64,000 nt of DNA from Deltaproteobacteria bacterium (GCA_029262375.1 JAJCZM010000049.1:3992-67991); one strand, 5' to 3'; shown: positions 10,879-21,141, counted from the first letter of the stretch. The notes: generated by a model from the letters alone, not told the origin. Program-made: numbers and translations.

Positions 10879-11577
10879 TCAGGTTAGGAAGTGGCGTTCG
10901 GCTATGTTGAGGAATTCAGAGGCGAAATTGTCCATCTCGATCGACGTGACGCGGGCTTGGCGAGCAAAGTGATTGAACGCGACCAAGGCAGGGATTGCCG
11001 CGGCCAGCCCCATCGCCGTGGCAACGAGCGCTTCGGAAATGCCGGGAGCGACGGCCTGAATGGTGGAGGCACCGGTCTGCGACAATCCGAGGAAGGAATT
11101 CATGATGCCCCACACCGTTCCGAACAGGCCGATGAACGGTGTGACCGAGGCGACGGTAGCCAAAAACGTAAGCATTCTCTCTAGTTCGGTGCGTTCGAGG
11201 CTGGCAGCCCGACGCATGGCGCGCTCGACATTGGCGACGCCGCCGATGTCGGTGGTCAGCGCTTCCCCGCTACCGCTGCGTTTGGCCGAGCGCAGTCTGA
11301 CGAGTTCTTGGTAGCCGGCCTTGAAAACGCCTCCGACGGGATTTCGCGGCGTGTCGTCGCAGACCTTGGCCATTTCGGTCAGGTTGCGGGTCTCCCAGAA
11401 ATGTTTGACGAAACGGTTGGAGCCGCGCCGCGCCGAGCGAATCTGGCGGGCCTTATAAAGAATGACGCCCCAACTGGCGATCGAAGTAAGGATAAGGATG
11501 TAGAGAACCGCCTGCACGACCGGGCCGGAGCCCGAAATCATGTCGAGGACACTCGGAGGTCCTGCGCCGTCGGTCAT
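10879..11577 (-). CDS. tolQ: TolQ/ExbB (MotA/TolQ/ExbB proton channel)
   Basis: 232-aa ORF with three TM segments and the conserved C-terminal GIMNSFLGL...ISEALVATAMGLAAAIPA region. Confidence 0.9.
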   Translation of the reverse strand: MTDGAGPPSVLDMISGSGPVVQAVLYILILTSIASWGVILYKARQIRSARRGSNRFVKHFWETRNLTEMAKVCDDTPRNPVGGVFKAGYQELVRLRSAKRSGSGEALTTDIGGVANVERAMRRAASLERTELERMLTFLATVASVTPFIGLFGTVWGIMNSFLGLSQTGASTIQAVAPGISEALVATAMGLAAAIPALVAFNHFARQARVTSIEMDNFASEFLNIAERHFLT

Positions 11578-11833
11578 CGATTTTCCTTCTTAAGGAGAGT
11601 TGCTGTCCACATCACCGCTACATCCACCACCACATGTACACCCGTCGAAGGTATTCGCCCCCTTACTGGGTGTCAATAAATCCGACGCGCGTAACCCGGC
11701 GCTATTCACGGTTTGACACCTCATCCCGGGCGTGGTGAAAATCCCTGGTTTTCCCGAACAATTCCGGGTGTTTGTAAGCCGGGTGGAGCATGCGTTTACC
11801 GCGCAGGACTCGCACCGCGGCTCGGAGGAATTC

Positions 11834-12835
11834 ATGGCTACTCGTATCGGCATCAATGGTTTTGGACGCATCGGCCGCAACATGTTGCGCGCCAGCTTGA
11901 ACTACGATTTGGACATCGTGGCGGTCAACGATCTGACCGACTCCAAGACTCTCGGCCACCTTTTAAAGTACGACTCGATCCACGGGCACTTTCCCGCCGA
12001 AGTAGTGGTGGACGGCGACGACATCATCGTCAACGGCAAGACGATCAAAGTGCTCAGCGAGCGCAATCCCGCCGATCTGCCCTGGGGCGATCTCGGTGTG
12101 GATGTCGTCGTCGAGTCCACCGGCATCTTTGCCGACAAAGAGAAGGCCTCGGCCCACATCAAGGCCGGCGCGAAGAAGGTCATTATCTCGGCGCCCGCGG
12201 GCGGCGTAGACCTGACGCTGTGCTACGGCGTGAACCACGACCAGTACGACCCGGCGAATCACCACGTCATTTCGAATGCGTCGTGCACGACGAACTGTCT
12301 GTCGCCCGTTGCCAAGGTGTTGCACGAAGAGTTCACCATCAAGCAGGGCCTGATGACGACGATTCACAGCTACACCAACGATCAGCGTATTCTCGATCTG
12401 CCGCACAGCGACATGCGTCGCGCACGTGCCGCCGCGATGTCGATGATTCCGACGTCCACCGGCGCCGCACGCGCCGTCGGCCTGGTACTTCCGGAACTCA
12501 ACGGCAAGCTCGACGGCATGGCGATTCGTGTACCGACGCCGAACGTTTCGGTCGTCGATCTCGTGTTCCGGACCGAGAAGTCACCGAGCGCCGACGACAT
12601 CAACGCCGCGATCAAGGCGGCGGCCGACGGTCCGCTCAAAGGCGTGCTGCAGTACTGCGACGAGCCGCTGGTCTCAATCGACTTCAACGGCAACCCGCAC
12701 AGCTCGATCTTCGACTCGGGTGTTACCAAAGCGATGGACGGCGGCTTCGCCAAGATTCTGTCGTGGTACGACAACGAGATGGGCTTCTCGACGCGTCTGT
12801 GTGACGTGTCGAAAATGATCGGCGCGTCGCTGTAA
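11834..12835 (+). CDS. gap: Type I glyceraldehyde-3-phosphate dehydrogenase
   Basis: The track ORF starts at 11732. The true start is probably the ATG at 11834 ([16 protein letters not shown]), preceded by GGAGGA. The active site is [10 protein letters not shown]. Confidence 0.95.
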   Translation: MATRIGINGFGRIGRNMLRASLNYDLDIVAVNDLTDSKTLGHLLKYDSIHGHFPAEVVVDGDDIIVNGKTIKVLSERNPADLPWGDLGVDVVVESTGIFADKEKASAHIKAGAKKVIISAPAGGVDLTLCYGVNHDQYDPANHHVISNASCTTNCLSPVAKVLHEEFTIKQGLMTTIHSYTNDQRILDLPHSDMRRARAAAMSMIPTSTGAARAVGLVLPELNGKLDGMAIRVPTPNVSVVDLVFRTEKSPSADDINAAIKAAADGPLKGVLQYCDEPLVSIDFNGNPHSSIFDSGVTKAMDGGFAKILSWYDNEMGFSTRLCDVSKMIGASL

Positions 12836-12872
12836 GCGCTGTAAGCACCTTAAGACGGAGAAGCGAAGTTCG

Positions 12873-14066
12873 TTGCAATCGATCAATCAAGTGGCGCTCA
12901 CGGGGAAGCGCGTATTCATACGCGTCGACTTCAACGTGCCGCTCGATGGCGATCGAGTCACGAACAACTCGCGCATCACCAACGCGTTACCGACCTTGCG
13001 CTTCGCGATCGATGCGGGCGCAAAGGTCGTTCTCGCTTCTCACCTCGGTAGACCCAAAGGCGAGCGTAAGCCCGAGCTATCGCTCGCACCCGTCGCCAAA
13101 GAACTCCAGCGACTGCTCGACCGACCGGTAGCAATAGCGACCGATTGCGTCGGCGCAGACGTCGAAGCGCAAGTCGCCGCGATGAAAGGCGGCGACGTTC
13201 TACTGCTCGAGAACCTGCGCTTTCACGCCGAAGAAGAAAAGAACGATCCGAAGTTCGCCGCCGCGCTAGGACGTTTGGCCGACGTCTATGTGAACGACGC
13301 GTTCGGTACCGCGCATCGCGCGCACGCATCGACCGCGGGGATCGTCGATCACGTCGACACGGCGGTGGCCGGTTTTCTGATGCAACGCGAAGTCGATGCG
13401 CTGTCGGGATTGCTGGCGGGGGCGAAGCATCCGTTCGTCGCCATCGTCGGCGGCGCCAAAGTTTCGGACAAGATCATGTTGCTCGAGAACCTGCTCGAGC
13501 GTGTCGATGCGATTCTCGTCGGCGGCGCCATGGCCTATACTTTTTTGAAGGCGCAAGGGCATGCGGTCGGCACCTCGCGCGTCGAAGAAGACAAACTCGA
13601 TCTCGCCAAGAGCCTGCTCGAGAAGGCGGCGGCGAAGAACGTCGCGATCGAACTACCGAGCGATCACGTCGTTGCAGCCGAGTTCAGCGAAACGGCGAAA
13701 GCCGAAACCATTGCCGGCATAGACATCCCCGACGGCAAAATGGGCCTGGACATCGGCCCCTTTTCTCGAGGAAGATACGGCGATCGCATCATCCAGGCCG
13801 CGACCATCTTGTGGAACGGCCCAATGGGCGTGTTCGAGTGGGAAGCGTTCAGCGCCGGAACCATGTCGGTTGCCGAAGCAGTCGCGAACAGCCCTGCGAT
13901 TTCGGTCGTAGGCGGCGGCGATTCGGTTGCAGCACTCATGAAGTCAGGCCGCAGCGAAGACGTCACTCACGTCTCTACCGGCGGCGGGGCTTCTCTAGAA
14001 TTTTTGGAAGGCAAACACCTTCCGGGCATCGCCGCGCTCGACGCGAAAGCGGCCCGGTCGGCATAG
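12873..14066 (+). CDS. pgk: Phosphoglycerate kinase
   Basis: 397-aa ORF with a TTG start. Contains KRVFIRVDFNVPLDG and the PGK signature, with STGGGASLEFLEGK at the C-terminus. Confidence 0.95.
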   Translation: MQSINQVALTGKRVFIRVDFNVPLDGDRVTNNSRITNALPTLRFAIDAGAKVVLASHLGRPKGERKPELSLAPVAKELQRLLDRPVAIATDCVGADVEAQVAAMKGGDVLLLENLRFHAEEEKNDPKFAAALGRLADVYVNDAFGTAHRAHASTAGIVDHVDTAVAGFLMQREVDALSGLLAGAKHPFVAIVGGAKVSDKIMLLENLLERVDAILVGGAMAYTFLKAQGHAVGTSRVEEDKLDLAKSLLEKAAAKNVAIELPSDHVVAAEFSETAKAETIAGIDIPDGKMGLDIGPFSRGRYGDRIIQAATILWNGPMGVFEWEAFSAGTMSVAEAVANSPAISVVGGGDSVAALMKSGRSEDVTHVSTGGGASLEFLEGKHLPGIAALDAKAARSA

Positions 14067-14091
14067 CCAAGGTTAAGGACGGGGATCATTC

Positions 14092-14847
14092 ATGCGAACA
14101 CCGTTGTTAGCAGGTAACTGGAAACTCAACTGCACACGCGATGAAGCGCGTGCACTCGCTCAAGCGATCGTCGACGGCAGCAAGAACGCCACCGATCGCG
14201 AAGTGATGATCGCGCCGACCTTCGTCAGCCTCGACGTCGTCGCCGACGTCGTCGCAGGCAGCAACGTCGGTCTCGGCGCGCAAGACGTGTACTGGGAAGC
14301 GAGCGGCGCATTCACCGGCGAAGTGTCGGCGCCCATGCTCAAAGACGCACGCTGCACGCACGCGATCATCGGCCACTCGGAGCGCCGACAATTTTTCGGT
14401 GAAACCGACTACACGGTAGCGCGCAAAGTCGCGGCAGCCGTAGAGAACGACCTGAGCCCGGTCGTGTGTGTCGGCGAATCGCTCGACCAACGCGAAGCGG
14501 GCACGACGATGGGTGTGATCGAGAAACAGATCGCAGGCGGCCTGTGCGAACTACCGGCCGAGCACTACCCCAAATTGGTCATCGCCTATGAGCCCGTATG
14601 GGCCATCGGTACGGGTAAGGTCGCCACGCCTGATCAGGCGGAAGACGTCCACGCCCACATACGTAAACTTCTGGAGACGGTCTTGACGCCGGCTGCTGCA
14701 TCCGCGACGCGGATTCTATACGGTGGCAGCGTCAAACCCGACAACGTCGACGAACTCATGACTCGCCCGAACGTCGACGGCGCCCTGGTAGGCGGAGCCA
14801 GCTTGAAGGCGGACGACTTCCTCCGCATAGTCAATTTCGCGAGCTAA
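14092..14847 (+). CDS. tpiA: Triosephosphate isomerase
   Basis: 251-aa ORF. Contains LAGNWKLN, IGHSERR and AYEPVWAIGTG. Confidence 0.95.
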   Translation: MRTPLLAGNWKLNCTRDEARALAQAIVDGSKNATDREVMIAPTFVSLDVVADVVAGSNVGLGAQDVYWEASGAFTGEVSAPMLKDARCTHAIIGHSERRQFFGETDYTVARKVAAAVENDLSPVVCVGESLDQREAGTTMGVIEKQIAGGLCELPAEHYPKLVIAYEPVWAIGTGKVATPDQAEDVHAHIRKLLETVLTPAAASATRILYGGSVKPDNVDELMTRPNVDGALVGGASLKADDFLRIVNFAS

Positions 14848-14865
14848 TTTCGAGGAGCGCAAAGC

Positions 14866-15489
14866 GTGAACGCAGTACTAATCGCAGTAAACATCATCGC
14901 CGGCCTATTTCTGATCGGCGTGGTTCTCTTGCAGTCGGGCAAAGGCGCCGACATGGGCGCAGCGTTCGGCGGTGCGAACTCGACGATGTTCGGCCCCTCG
15001 GGCCCGGGCAACGCCCTCACGAAAGCAACGGCAGGTTTCGCCGCGCTCTTCATGCTGACCTCGCTCGCGCTTGCCGTGATGTCGGCCGATCAACGCTCGG
15101 TCTTCGATGGAACGGCTGCACCGGCCGCCTCTGCACCTGCCCCGTCGAGCGACACCGCCGCAACGACGCCGCCATCGGGCGCGTTCGATCCCGAAGCGGC
15201 AGCCGAAGCAGCCGCCGCAGCCGCAGCCGCGAAAGTGGATTCAGCGATCGATGCCGTCGGCGAAGCAGCGGGCAATGTCGCTGAGAAAGCAGCGGCGGCG
15301 ACCGAGAAAGCAGCCGAAGTTGCGGGCAACGCAGCGGCGGCCGCGAGCGATACAGCAGCAGGTGCGAAGGAAGCAGCTGGCAATGCCGCAGGTTCAGTCG
15401 GCGACGCTGCGAACAAAGCAGCCGCGGGCGCAGCCGACGCCGTCGAGAAGGCAGCCGACGCGGTTGACCCGACCGGCAGCGAACAATAA
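14866..15489 (+). CDS. secG: Preprotein translocase subunit SecG with ~130-aa Ala-rich C-terminal extension
   Basis: The first ~75 aa (LLQSGKGADMGAAFGGANSTMFGPSGPGNALTKAT + second TM) form a complete SecG. The remainder is A/E/K/G/N low complexity. GTG start. Confidence 0.9.
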   Translation: MNAVLIAVNIIAGLFLIGVVLLQSGKGADMGAAFGGANSTMFGPSGPGNALTKATAGFAALFMLTSLALAVMSADQRSVFDGTAAPAASAPAPSSDTAATTPPSGAFDPEAAAEAAAAAAAAKVDSAIDAVGEAAGNVAEKAAAATEKAAEVAGNAAAAASDTAAGAKEAAGNAAGSVGDAANKAAAGAADAVEKAADAVDPTGSEQ

Positions 15490-15538
15490 AAACGCTCGGC
15501 TACGGCACATCGTTCCCTCACGAAGTGCCACACGAATT

Positions 15539-15627
<89 letters not shown>

Positions 15628-15707
15628 CTACAACCGAACCTTTTCAAGAACTTGCGTGCCCCGCGCAATGGTCACGAGGCACAAATCGCCCGCTACCGTC
15701 ATCTCGC

Positions 15708-17033
15708 TTATTCGCCAGCAAGCTCGGGAATGAGATCCGCAAGCAACTCAGCCGGCCAGTAACGCGGGATCTGTCGATCACCGTAGTAGAGCGATGGCCC
15801 GATACGCATTCGGGAGATTTCCTCGGATGTAAGATCGTATGCACTGCGCGTGTGGTTCTCGGCCTCTCGCGCAAGCGCTACGTCAGCTACGATCGCCTGC
15901 AGCGTCTGTTCCGACTCGAAGTCTGTAGCGAATCGATCGGGATCCAGACCGAGCGCATCAGCCAGCTCACTCAGCGAGCGCGATTCAATAGAAGCACAGT
16001 CGGGCAACAACGACTCGTAGGCCTCAATCAGTTGTCCCTGCTTCGCCGCCGCATGGATCATACGCGCTCCCTCGAGCGCTCCCGGAAGCGTCCGCGTGCG
16101 AAAAGAACTATGAACCAGCGACCAGGCCGTGCCTTCAGCCTGCGTCGCATCCATCAGCGAGAATCCACCGCCCACCTGCGCGTAGTCCTCTCGGAATCGC
16201 GCCATGTCGAGTCCAGCACTGCGAGCCGCTTCGAACATCTCCGCCTCACCCAGCGCAAGAAACTTCGGATCAGGTGGGAACTCCGCTAGGAACTCGCGAT
16301 ACTTCCCTTGATTGATCGATGCGAGACCGCCGCGTAGCAACGTCTGATGGTATCGATCGACACCGTCACCGAGAAGCATACGCACCGTGATCGCCAGCCG
16401 ATTCGGATACAGATCAACCAATTCACGAAGTCTGTTGTGGGCATACTCCGGATAGCCGCACGCCGCATCGACGAACGCTGTAAGACGGACCGGAGCATCG
16501 GCGGGACCGAGTCGTGTCCAACCACGGTCCGGCAATTCAGGTGCAGGCAGCTTGGGGACGCGATCCGGACGAAGTTCGTCGAAGCGTTGGATATGACGCG
16601 TTCCCAAAACCTCTGCGATTGACGGCGTACTGCCCAAGGACGGACACGGCCTGTCTTCAACGACCACGTCGACAATGCCGCCCGTCTTCGGATATCCGTC
16701 GCAGCCAGTCCTCGATACGTACTCGACCGTAGACTTATCTGCCGGTGTCAGTCGCGCATTTGGTGTCCGAATCCAAGATGTCTCGCCGCACGGAACACTG
16801 CGAGCACCGAGCGGCCGCAGAGTGACAATCGCCGCGTCTGGCGCCTCATCTAGATGCGCCTCCGTAGCGTCGTTTTCTAGTCGCTCGCGATGCTCGATCG
16901 CCGGAACGCACGAGACCATCTCGGAATGAAAATGGCGGCAGTAGTCTACGCGCTCACAGGACGTGGCCTCAGCATCGTGAGACGAACCCGCAACGAAGAG
17001 TAAGATCGCAAGTCGGACGAGAACTAGCTTCAT
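15708..17033 (-). CDS. Secreted DsbA-like / thioredoxin-fold protein (CxxC position degenerate: ACGYPEY)
   Basis: The track ORF runs to 17129. A signal-peptide start MKLVLVRLAILLFVAGSS lies at 17033. The C-terminal ~250 aa resemble DsbA-family thiol-oxidoreductase domains by eye. A paralogous truncated copy lies at 28819-29496. Confidence 0.6.
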   Translation of the reverse strand: MKLVLVRLAILLFVAGSSHDAEATSCERVDYCRHFHSEMVSCVPAIEHRERLENDATEAHLDEAPDAAIVTLRPLGARSVPCGETSWIRTPNARLTPADKSTVEYVSRTGCDGYPKTGGIVDVVVEDRPCPSLGSTPSIAEVLGTRHIQRFDELRPDRVPKLPAPELPDRGWTRLGPADAPVRLTAFVDAACGYPEYAHNRLRELVDLYPNRLAITVRMLLGDGVDRYHQTLLRGGLASINQGKYREFLAEFPPDPKFLALGEAEMFEAARSAGLDMARFREDYAQVGGGFSLMDATQAEGTAWSLVHSSFRTRTLPGALEGARMIHAAAKQGQLIEAYESLLPDCASIESRSLSELADALGLDPDRFATDFESEQTLQAIVADVALAREAENHTRSAYDLTSEEISRMRIGPSLYYGDRQIPRYWPAELLADLIPELAGE

Positions 17034-17309
17034 CACATGCGGTATATACGATCTGGAGAAGACGCGTCGAGAGTCGCTTCGCCGCCGGGCGAACAGACTC
17101 GAAGCGGAGTGATCGGGGCAGCCAGACACCGAAATCCAATTGGGATGACGGGAAACCGATCAGCGTGGACTAGCGTCGCGTGATTCGCAGCCATCTCCCA
17201 GATACTCAACTCAGCGTCACAGCCATCCGTGCGTTACAGATGGCTGTGACGCTCATACAGCCGGGACATGCGCACCGGTGAGGCGTGCTCGTCAACGACC
17301 AATACGCCC

Positions 17310-18119
17310 CTAGTTCGCGGGCACGATAGACGAAACACTCACCGTCGGCGCCGTCACCGTGTCCGCCATATCAATCCCGACGCTCACGATCGCGAAGTCA
17401 GACGTAGCCGGCGGGCCGCCAGATTTCGCGAAACGGCATGTGAAGATCGAACCAGGACCCTGGATGCCGTCACCCTCGATCATCATCGCGTTGAGAACGC
17501 GAGTGTCGTCTGCATCAAGTAGCGCGACGGCATCAGGATCGACCAGCGGTGTCGTACAGGAAACCGAAGCGCCGCGCCCTTCGAACTCTCCTCCGGCAGC
17601 GCCGTACTGAACATCAACCTGGATACCGAAAAGTTCGGTAGTGTCGTCCAAGCCAAAAGTGACATCGTAGACATCGCCACGCAGAGCGGGCGTACAAATC
17701 AACGAGGTCTTCCATTTCGTGAAACTCCGCGTAGCGAAGCCGTCGGAAAATATCTCTTCGACTATGCCCACCGACGGGCACTTAGCGCGGTAGCAGATCT
17801 TGTAGAATGCGTCCGGGTCGCCATCCAACGTCCCGAAAGGTAGCTCCGATTCGTCGATGCTCATCGAAACCGGCCGGCAGATCTGTTTCGCCTTGAGCTT
17901 CACGCGACAACCGTCTGTATTCGGCAACGTCGCGCCGGCAGCGCTGAGTTCAGCGGAGAACGAGCCCGAGATACCATCGCGAACCCGGAAACACTGCATA
18001 TGGTCCAAGCCTTCAGCCCTGGCCGATGAGATGCCTTGCGGCGGTATGAGCGACGCGGCCAGGAATACGAGTGCAACGAACGAACGACGAACTAATACAT
18101 TGAGCGTAGTGCTATGCAT
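17310..18119 (-). CDS. Secreted two-domain protein; C-terminal half possibly cohesin-like
   Basis: The track ORF runs to 18410, but its first 97 codons are Cys/Arg-rich and overlap the upstream gene. The start MHSTTLNVLVRRSFVALVFLAASLIPPQGISSARA at 18119 is a good signal peptide. The C-terminal region DVTFGLDDTTELFGIQVDVQYG...GSIFTCRFAK...FAIVSV resembles the cohesin sequence pattern. Confidence 0.6.
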   Translation of the reverse strand: MHSTTLNVLVRRSFVALVFLAASLIPPQGISSARAEGLDHMQCFRVRDGISGSFSAELSAAGATLPNTDGCRVKLKAKQICRPVSMSIDESELPFGTLDGDPDAFYKICYRAKCPSVGIVEEIFSDGFATRSFTKWKTSLICTPALRGDVYDVTFGLDDTTELFGIQVDVQYGAAGGEFEGRGASVSCTTPLVDPDAVALLDADDTRVLNAMMIEGDGIQGPGSIFTCRFAKSGGPPATSDFAIVSVGIDMADTVTAPTVSVSSIVPAN

Positions 18120-18178
18120 GACATACCTCCGAATTGTGAAAACGTTTTTAGGAATCGTGACTCGGTCGATCAGAACCG

Positions 18179-19621
18179 CTACGGACCGCAACGGACCGGA
18201 ATCGGAATCTTTCCGACTACAGCATTGATCAGCACCAAGGCATCGGTCGCTGTGATCGCTCCGAATGGCGCAGCAACATCTGAGATGGGATGCGGTGGGG
18301 TCCGTTCGTATCCGGCCGCCATTTGCAGTGCGGCTAGAACATCGAGAATGGTAAGCGCTGTTTTTCCGTCGCTTGCGACGTAGTCTCCACAGACAGCCCT
18401 TGTCGTGCAACTCTTTCCGTCGCTGCTAGACGTCAGGTATTCCGTAATCTCATCGATCGAGCAGGACGAGAATTCCGTCGGCGGCGTCAGTGCCGACGGA
18501 TTCTTCTGCATGATGAACGTCGAGGACGGCTGAGCGGTGCATTCATGCTCATGAAAGGCGATCGTGCAGTCCTCCTGGCCGTCGTGCGCGCACTGCCCAG
18601 CCGAGTGACCAAACTCATGTGCGAGAAGCGACCAGTTGGTTCTGAACAGTGCACCTCCGTGGCGCTTGCCAACAGCCGCACCGTCGGTTCGGCAGAACTG
18701 TTCGGCGAAAGACCCTCCGAGCCCGCCGCCGGTCGGTTGGCCCGTCACCTGATATACGAATGGCGCGCCGCTGAGATGATTCCTCTTCCATGCCCGAACC
18801 TGTGTGGCTCGGGTATCAATGCTGTTCGTCGTCGAGAACTCGTTCGGGTCTTGAACCCACACCCTGACCTGCGTGACCTGGAATCGGACGTTAACTTGCG
18901 AGGCAAGCAGGAAGCTAGCCCCAATCGCGATGTTCACCATGTCACGAACGCTGGATTGCCCACCACCTGACTGCAGTGACGCGCTCGTATCGGAAATCAT
19001 TGTAATCGGTGCAATCGCAAGGCGCCCTGAGATCATCGCGGCTCGCTCGATACTCTCGATGCCCGTCGTAGAGGTCATGTCGGGCCCGGTAGAATCGAGC
19101 CCAAGCGGTAACATCTGAACCTCATGGATGTGTTCCATGCCGTACTGCGCTTCGGATGCCTCCACACCGACCGAGAGCGGCTTCACGCTGTAAGCGCCGG
19201 TTGTAGATAGTATCTGCGCCGTAACGCCCTGGTCGTCGAAGACGGCCGTGACCATGCTGGTCGGTTCGCCCCTTAGAGTTCCGGCATATGCGTTCGCCGG
19301 ACATGGAAACGAATTCTCACCGTCCGGCGATACTATCGTCGCAACGCAGTCCGGAGCGATGACGGGACTCCTCGTGAGCTGGACCACAAAGTCGCGACCA
19401 TGAGCTGAAAACTCCAGGTCTCGGAGGTAGCTGTTCCTCCGAGGCGCGCCGGCGGTTTGGTGCAACCGGCTCTGACTGAGATCGATCGCTACATGATCGA
19501 TTTCGACTTGCTCCTCCATCTTCCGGACGAACTCCAGATCCGCAATCTGAGTCCGGGCATCTGCTAGACGTGGCACAACAAGAGCAAGAGATACGAGAAT
19601 AGGAATCCGCAATATGTTCAC
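18179..19621 (-). CDS. Secreted reprolysin/ADAM-like metzincin metalloprotease with dockerin-like C-terminus
   Basis: 480 aa with a signal peptide (MNILRIPILVSLALVVPRLADA) and a pro-domain-like N-terminus. The zinc site is LLAHEFGHSAGQCAHDG, i.e. HExxHxxG then HD with one extra residue relative to canonical HExxHxxGxxHD. The tail contains CGDYVASDGKTALTILDVLAALQ...GAITATDALVLINAVVG. Confidence 0.75.
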   Translation of the reverse strand: MNILRIPILVSLALVVPRLADARTQIADLEFVRKMEEQVEIDHVAIDLSQSRLHQTAGAPRRNSYLRDLEFSAHGRDFVVQLTRSPVIAPDCVATIVSPDGENSFPCPANAYAGTLRGEPTSMVTAVFDDQGVTAQILSTTGAYSVKPLSVGVEASEAQYGMEHIHEVQMLPLGLDSTGPDMTSTTGIESIERAAMISGRLAIAPITMISDTSASLQSGGGQSSVRDMVNIAIGASFLLASQVNVRFQVTQVRVWVQDPNEFSTTNSIDTRATQVRAWKRNHLSGAPFVYQVTGQPTGGGLGGSFAEQFCRTDGAAVGKRHGGALFRTNWSLLAHEFGHSAGQCAHDGQEDCTIAFHEHECTAQPSSTFIMQKNPSALTPPTEFSSCSIDEITEYLTSSSDGKSCTTRAVCGDYVASDGKTALTILDVLAALQMAAGYERTPPHPISDVAAPFGAITATDALVLINAVVGKIPIPVRCGP

Positions 19622-19738
19622 TTGGAACCTCCAGGTCGAAGCGCGTCCGACGAGCGGCGTTGATACCCGTTAGAACGGGCTCGCCGTTTCGCACGGAGGA
19701 ACCTGAAGCAGCGAACAGAATCGGATTCGGATTCATCG

Positions 19739-20392
19739 CTACCAAGCCCCACCGATTGGAACCGGCGAAGTTGTCAGAACAGAAGGACATCGCGAAGCAC
19801 GCTCCGGACTCGCCGGACCATACTGTGTGAGCGTCAAACTATCGGGGAGTTCGTCAAACGGACCGAAGACAATCACGTCCGATCCGTCGGCGGCACGCGG
19901 CCGTGGGTCGAAGACATCAGCTGGGTCGACCTCTTCTGTCGCAACTGTCGCTTTGTTCTCTAGGGCAAAGGCCCACGAAACGGTGTCGGCGTAGTACAAC
20001 GCTGATGCTGGCCTTTGGGCCGTACGCGCTACGAAGTCCGCCTCTTCGGTGCAAGCACTCCCGCGGTTAGACGGACAGCACTCGATTCGATACCGCAGCC
20101 GCACAAATTCCTTTGGGTCGATGTGAACCGCAATGAAATACGGTTCTGGGTTCATGCCAGCTAGAAGTGCCTCGTTGGCGCGACGTTGTGTATCCGCCGA
20201 CTCGCGATCCGGGGAGTTCGCCAGGATATCACCGGCTCGTGCTTGCCCTCGAGTCATCACCCAGGTCGCTAGGATGGTTTGGCCGGGCTCCGCCGCTCGC
20301 GTAGCGGGACTCGCGCACGCTAGAGTGAGCCCGCTGAGCAGAAGACCGGCAATGACTTTCGTGAATCCCAGTTGATAATCCCTGACATTCAT
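19739..20392 (-). CDS. Hypothetical lipoprotein
   Basis: The track ORF runs to 20569. I prefer the start at 20392: MNVRDYQLGFTKVIAGLLLSGLTLACAS (lipobox LTLAC). I recognise no family. Confidence 0.55.
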   Translation of the reverse strand: MNVRDYQLGFTKVIAGLLLSGLTLACASPATRAAEPGQTILATWVMTRGQARAGDILANSPDRESADTQRRANEALLAGMNPEPYFIAVHIDPKEFVRLRYRIECCPSNRGSACTEEADFVARTAQRPASALYYADTVSWAFALENKATVATEEVDPADVFDPRPRAADGSDVIVFGPFDELPDSLTLTQYGPASPERASRCPSVLTTSPVPIGGAW

Positions 20393-20874
20393 TTCGTTCG
20401 TCTTCGTGAGTACTATGTTTCGTTCCATCTCAGTCACCATGCGAGTAGTCCGCATCTTGATTCTTGGGTGGATACTCACGACAGTTTTCCCCGACGAGCC
20501 CTCCAGTCTCTCGACCGGACGACTATCGTTTGTTGCGCCGGAAGGTAGCTCGGGGATGCCATGGCCCACAAGACACTTTTCCGCACAACGACTGTCGTGA
20601 CGTCACCACGCGTTCTATCTTTCGTTCATGATCTCATCCGATTGTATCCGCTCTGCGCGCGCACACGCGAGGGGGAGTGCCGTAGAAGTGTAACCTTGAG
20701 AGTACGCAGGAGTCGGCGCAAGCAAGAGATACCGCGCCACAGCAGAACGCCGGCTCCACAGCTCGCAAGGTACGAGCGCCGCGCGCGAAAGGAACGGACT
20801 TTAGGAAAGCTCAGGACTGTGGGATGGGAAGAAGCGGAGGGACCAAAATGGGGCACGCAGCCGCGTCCGTTTGA

Positions 20875-21141
20875 TTACTTCGGGCGCGCCACCCGGACGT
20901 CAACCTCAAAGAGCTTCGCAACTGGCTTCTGAAATGCCTCGGCTATGAGCAGCGCATCTTTTGTAGTTGGCCTGACCCGATGGTTCTTGAGCCGATTGAC
21001 TCGCGTACGCGATAGTCCCGTTCGCAGAGCGAGATCGCGATCCGTCCAGCCCCTGGCATACAGTTCTCGCACAAGGGAATTGCGGACGACGATCTCAGTT
21101 TCCCCAGATATCAGACTACAGCGTCGGTCCATCGTGCTCAC
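20875..21141 (-). CDS. Small XRE-family helix-turn-helix regulator
   Basis: 88 aa. The HTH pattern is DLALRTGLSRTRVNRLKNHRVRPTTKDALLIAEAF. Confidence 0.7.
   Translation of the reverse strand: MSTMDRRCSLISGETEIVVRNSLVRELYARGWTDRDLALRTGLSRTRVNRLKNHRVRPTTKDALLIAEAFQKPVAKLFEVDVRVARPK

Noticed and set aside
11713-14110. Arg-rich alternative-frame ORFs overlapping gap (11713-12804, 363 aa) and pgk (13145-14110, 321 aa)
   Set aside because: Their composition (R, H, G, Q runs) is typical of off-frame reading of GC-rich genes. The gap and pgk frames carry unmistakable enzyme signatures.
18120-18410. Upstream 97-codon extension of the 17310 ORF (start at 18410) overlapping the metzincin gene
   Set aside because: The extension is Cys/Arg-rich, overlaps the protease 3' end by 230 nt and precedes an excellent signal peptide beginning at 18119.
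20393-20874. Small ORFs or an RNA gene in the 480-bp gap between the XRE gene and the lipoprotein gene (123-aa ORF at 20561-20932, 76-aa ORF at 20626-20856)
   Set aside because: Both ORFs are Arg/Ser-rich, overlap each other on opposite strands and lack an RBS. I could not identify a convincing conserved RNA structure by eye.
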